Shown here one piece after another: positions 49,414 through 52,954 of a stretch of DNA of 52,954 nt (the stretch's first letter is position 1; each line of letters starts with the position of its first letter). The position numbers and the translations under genes were made by a program. The notes below the pieces were generated by a model. The model had not been told where the DNA came from. It worked only from the letters and a program-made list of their open reading frames with translations, and searched no databases. The stretch is from Synechococcus sp. (GTDB lineage: Bacteria; Cyanobacteriota; Cyanobacteriia; Thermostichales; PCC-7336). The DNA lies in contig JBFRWD010000092.1 in NCBI GenBank assembly GCA_051439425.1, forward strand, positions 1 to 52,954, read 5' to 3'.

Positions 49414-50592
49414 CTAGGCCGCAAACTGGATGTTGAGGCGATCGTTGTCCATCTTGGCCCCTGCTGGATTCAGGCCCGCCAAGGTCTGAGGCAGCACCAG
49501 ATTACGGCGGTGGTTGCCGATGCGAATGTTGAGTTCGTCTCCGGTTTTGCTCAATTCCACCTGCTGCTTCTCGATGCCGGGAAGGTAAAGCTCCAGACGG
49601 TATTGGCCATTATCACTGTGTACCGACATCGTCGTTTCTTTGTACTGCACTGCAGCCGGGTCTTCATTCCCCCACAGGGTGGCAGCTAAACGTTCTAGCG
49701 ACTCAAATCCCACCAGTTCTTCGGCATACAGAGGCACTTCTTTCACCGGCAACGGAGAGAAGTCCGCATGAATTTGCTGTCGGTAAACCTCTTGGCTCTG
49801 TTTCCAGCGAGCGAAGTAGGGATCTTGAACTTCTTCAGGGATGATGCGGTTGGCAATCACCATATCGGTGGCCACGTTGTAGAGGCTGAGATACGCGTGA
49901 GCCCGCAGTGATTCTTTCAGCACCATCTTTTCGGGGTTGGTCACCAACCGCACGGTGGTGATGGTGTTGTCCGTCAGGATGGTTTCCAGTCGTTCGATTT
50001 TCTCGTAAAACTCGTAGGGGGCATCCATGACCTCATTTGTGGGCAAGGGGATGCCGGATAGCTGCTTGACGATCGGGGCAAACACTGGCCTGAGGGCCGC
50101 AGCCATTCCCTGCAAGGGTTTGTAGAACTTACGCATGTACCAACCGGAGACATCCGGCAGGCTGAGCAATCGCAACGCGGTTCCCGTGGGGGCAGAGTCG
50201 ATAATCAGCACGTCAAATTCATTTTCATCGTAGTGACGGTTGACGCGTACCAACGAGAAAATCTCGTCCATACCGGGCAGCACGGCTAACTCTTCTGCCT
50301 GGACTCCATCCAACCCACGAGCCTGCAACACCTCGGTGATATAGCTCTTAACCGCCCCCCAGTTTTGCTCTAGTTCGATCAGGGCATCCAATTCTGCCCC
50401 CCACAAATTGGGACGCACTTCTTTAGGGACGTGCCCTAACGGAGTTTCGAAGCTGTCTGCCAGAGAGTGCGCAGGATCGGTACTCAGCACCAACGTTTTG
50501 TAACCCAGTTCAGCGCAGCGCAAACCAGATGCTGCTGCCATCGAGGTTTTACCCACCCCACCCTTACCGGTCATCAAAATGATGCGTTTCAT
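49414..50592 (-). CDS. TRC40/Get3/ArsA-family ATPase with a C-terminal alpha-crystallin (Hsp20-like) domain
   Basis: [21 protein letters not shown] and DSAPTG motifs; C-terminal LELYLPG...[14 protein letters not shown]. Confidence 0.92.
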   Translation of the reverse strand: MKRIILMTGKGGVGKTSMAAASGLRCAELGYKTLVLSTDPAHSLADSFETPLGHVPKEVRPNLWGAELDALIELEQNWGAVKSYITEVLQARGLDGVQAEELAVLPGMDEIFSLVRVNRHYDENEFDVLIIDSAPTGTALRLLSLPDVSGWYMRKFYKPLQGMAAALRPVFAPIVKQLSGIPLPTNEVMDAPYEFYEKIERLETILTDNTITTVRLVTNPEKMVLKESLRAHAYLSLYNVATDMVIANRIIPEEVQDPYFARWKQSQEVYRQQIHADFSPLPVKEVPLYAEELVGFESLERLAATLWGNEDPAAVQYKETTMSVHSDNGQYRLELYLPGIEKQQVELSKTGDELNIRIGNHRRNLVLPQTLAGLNPAGAKMDNDRLNIQFAA

Positions 50593-50761
50593 GCCCTGCG
50601 ATCGCCATTACAAAAATTCAAATTACCCATAGCCTAACGCAAGAAGCTCCGTTCTCCCCCGGCGAACAGACGAGTCCGAATCCCTATGTGTAGGCGAGTA
50701 CTCATCTTCAGGTTGGCTGCATAACTATTGTCCCGGGTGTCCTCTAATCGCCAGCCGGATA

Positions 50762-50862
50762 TAGCAATCCGTTGTAAAGTCTGGAGGTTTGAGACCGCGA
50801 AAAGACTTGATTGTCGAGAGCAAGTGGTCAGGGAAGTCTCCATCGCGGATTGCCGATCGCGA
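50762..50862 (+). mobile_element. MITE-like hairpin element, copy 4 (101 bp)
   Basis: TA|TAGCAATCCGTTGTAAAGTCTGGAG...CTCCATCGCGGATTGCCGATCGCGA|TA. Confidence 0.88.
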
Positions 50863-50941
50863 TAGAGAACGAACTCAGGCTGGCTGCAACCTCTTCATTG
50901 TTGACAACCCCTGCGTAAACAAGCCTGAAAAAAACAAAGAA

Positions 50942-52054
50942 TCAAGCCGCCGACGTGCGCGGGGTGAAAGCCGACAAGTCACACGCTTGGGTTTGGCCGG
51001 CCATCAGTAAGTCTTTGACAACGGCGGCGGTAATCGGAGCCAGCAAAACCCCATTACGGTAATGACCGGTGGCTACAATCACATTTTGATGCATGGGCGA
51101 TCGCCCCAAAATCGGCGCCCGCTGTCCTAGCGGCCTCGGCCTCATTCCCGCCCAATTCGAGACAAGTTCTGCATCTTTGAGCACTGGAAGCAGAGTCGTC
51201 GCCTGCGTCATCAACTGCTGCATTCCCCCCAGCGTGGGAGTGGGAATCGTGGGCTGAAACTCAACTGTGGCTCCAATCCAGTAGGTGCCATCTGCCAGCG
51301 GAACGATATTAATCTCTCCATCTGTAATTGGCGGGCCGTAAGGCAGTGGCGAAGCTGGTCGGATGCGGATGGCCTGGCCTTTTACCGGGGCCACTTTAAT
51401 ATCCAATCCCAGTTGGTCGCTAAACCCAGCGCTACCCAACCCAGCAGCAATCACAAAATGTTGCGCTGACACCGTTTGATTGGGGGTGTACAGGGCATTA
51501 ATCCGGCCTCGCTCGGCCTTCAGCCGCGTAACGGGCTCGTTAAACAAAAACTGGGCACCGTTTTGCTTGGCGGCTCGCACGAGAGCTTGGACAAAGGCGC
51601 GAGGATCGATCTGGCGATCTCCAGGAGAATGCAATCCAGCGGCACTCCACTCCAGCTCGGGCTGTAAATCGGCAATATCCCCTCGGTCAAGCTTTGTAAG
51701 GACATGGCTAGCAGCCTGTCGAGCGGCGATCGCCTCTTCCCACTGTCCCCAGTCTCCTTCCGGGATCAAACGCAATAGTCCCTGACGATTAACTGGCAGT
51801 GAATATCCCAATTGGTCTTCTAAATTGGTGACTAAATCGTTGAATCGGGCCAGACTGGCCAAACGCAGATCGACAACCGGGCCGGCGGCTTTTTGCGTGC
51901 TGATGGCCATGAGCACCCCCAAGGCGGCTCCAGAGGCCTGCCCGCAGGGAGCCCCCGCATCCACCGCAATCACCGATCGCGACTGTTGCGATAGCTCGTA
52001 GGCAATGGCTGCCCCCACCACACCACATCCAATTACCGCCACATCGCATTTCAA
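50942..52054 (-). CDS. FAD-dependent oxidoreductase (DAO/glycine oxidase ThiO-like)
   Basis: VIGCGVVG Rossmann motif, ASGAALG, PVKGQ, WIGATVE, GMRPRP and GHYRNGVLLAP motifs. Confidence 0.88.
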   Translation of the reverse strand: MKCDVAVIGCGVVGAAIAYELSQQSRSVIAVDAGAPCGQASGAALGVLMAISTQKAAGPVVDLRLASLARFNDLVTNLEDQLGYSLPVNRQGLLRLIPEGDWGQWEEAIAARQAASHVLTKLDRGDIADLQPELEWSAAGLHSPGDRQIDPRAFVQALVRAAKQNGAQFLFNEPVTRLKAERGRINALYTPNQTVSAQHFVIAAGLGSAGFSDQLGLDIKVAPVKGQAIRIRPASPLPYGPPITDGEINIVPLADGTYWIGATVEFQPTIPTPTLGGMQQLMTQATTLLPVLKDAELVSNWAGMRPRPLGQRAPILGRSPMHQNVIVATGHYRNGVLLAPITAAVVKDLLMAGQTQACDLSAFTPRTSAA

Positions 52055-52098
52055 CAGTGCCGTCCTCCGGTCAACTCAAGTTATTGTTGGTGGAACTA

Positions 52099-52199
52099 TA
52101 GCAATCTGCTGTAAGGTCTGGAGTGCAGAAACCGCTCAACGCTTTGATTGGCACGGACAGTAAGCCATGAAACCCTCCATAGCGGATTGCAGACCGCTA
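52099..52199 (+). mobile_element. MITE-like hairpin element, copy 5 (101 bp)
   Basis: TA|TAGCAATCTGCTGTAAGGTCTGGAG...CTCCATAGCGGATTGCAGACCGCTA|TA. Confidence 0.9.
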
Positions 52200-52290
52200 T
52201 ATGCCTTGGCGCAAGACGGCTTGCAATAGTTCTCCATCCCCACTCCCTCGTCGACCCCCTCGATTGAATCATTGCCCCGAGGTAACGGGT

Positions 52291-52954
52291 TCAAGCCCAT
52301 CGAATGAGTCGCATCTCTAAGGGGTCGTGTAGGTCAGGATGATGGGGCAGAATGCGAATCGCTAGCCCCTGCAATCCGCTGCGATCGTAATGGACCTTGC
52401 CTCGAAAAATTGCCCGCGCCCCTTCCATCTCGATAAAGGCCAATGGCTCGGCCACGCCGTCTGTCAACGTTCCGGTCTCGTCAACCGGACCGCGATAGAC
52501 CTCCACTTGAATGTCGCTGGCCAATAGCTGTCCTAGATGAAGGCGGGCTGTGACTTCTACCGGATCGCCGATCGCCAACACCGGAACGGCCCCTGAGGAA
52601 GAGCCTGCCGTGATTCCGTTCCGAGACTGAGGCACCTGCTCCGAATCGGGGGGCGCGGGGAGCGAGCTAATGGGTTCTACATCCACTCGTTCGATTTCGA
52701 TGTGATACCAGTGCAGTAGCAACCGATCCTGCCAATCCACCAGTCGTTGGGCAGGAGCCCCCCGATCGGCTCGCATGCGATCGTAGTACCCACTGATAGG
52801 GAAGTATTCTGTTTTGGCGTACTCCTGCACCATGCGCTGGGTGCTGAATTGTGGCGCATTCAGGCGAATCGCCTGCTTCATGCGCTGAATCCACTGGCGG
52901 GGTAACCCATCGCTGCCGCGATTGTAAAATTCCGGGACGATTTCGTGTTCGAGC
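52291..52954 (-). CDS. glgP: Alpha-glucan (glycogen) phosphorylase, C-terminal part (runs off the window)
   Basis: EIVPEFYNR..DGLPRQWIQRMKQAI...FSTQRMVQEY and C-terminal SGLQGLAIRILPHHP, typical of the extended GlgP type. Confidence 0.88.
   Translation of the reverse strand, partial: LEHEIVPEFYNRGSDGLPRQWIQRMKQAIRLNAPQFSTQRMVQEYAKTEYFPISGYYDRMRADRGAPAQRLVDWQDRLLLHWYHIEIERVDVEPISSLPAPPDSEQVPQSRNGITAGSSSGAVPVLAIGDPVEVTARLHLGQLLASDIQVEVYRGPVDETGTLTDGVAEPLAFIEMEGARAIFRGKVHYDRSGLQGLAIRILPHHPDLHDPLEMRLIRWA

Noticed and set aside
1..52954. High density of GCGATCGC octamers
   Set aside because: This is the well-known cyanobacterial HIP1 repeat, useful for taxonomy but not novel.

Overview
Cyanobacterial chromosomal segment. 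The evidence is abundant HIP1 octamers (GCGATCGC), a bicA-mrp CO2-concentrating-mechanism cluster with an ATAG-N8-CTAT CcmR/NdhR-type operator, and a cyanobacterial ABC1 kinase/PP2C cluster. Most of it is housekeeping or metabolic: larC, purC, aldehyde dehydrogenase, D-Ala-D-Ala dipeptidase, U32 protein, tRNA-Pro(UGG), pfkA, an FdhF/YdeP oxidoreductase, gltBD, frr, a Get3/ArsA-like ATPase and the 3' end of glgP. Two accessory pockets (about 29.75-33.8 kb and 40.3-47.5 kb) hold a double-glycine-leader Cys-rich peptide, a DUF4062-NB-ARC (NLR-like) protein with 93-bp repeats that vary at a few positions, an approximately 1100-aa cadherin-repeat protein with a nucleoside-hydrolase-like core, a frameshifted membrane gene and an IS6 remnant. 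The most striking signals read directly from the sequence are: (1) a 101-bp TA-flanked hairpin MITE-like family with five copies, one comparable with its empty site inside this window; (2) two independent loci where cargo sits between an intact gene 3' end and a displaced, largely synonymously diverged copy of that 3' end, with no integrase nearby; (3) a perfect 61-bp palindrome just downstream of a small protein built from 17-aa repeats. All protein family assignments come from motif recognition, not database searches.
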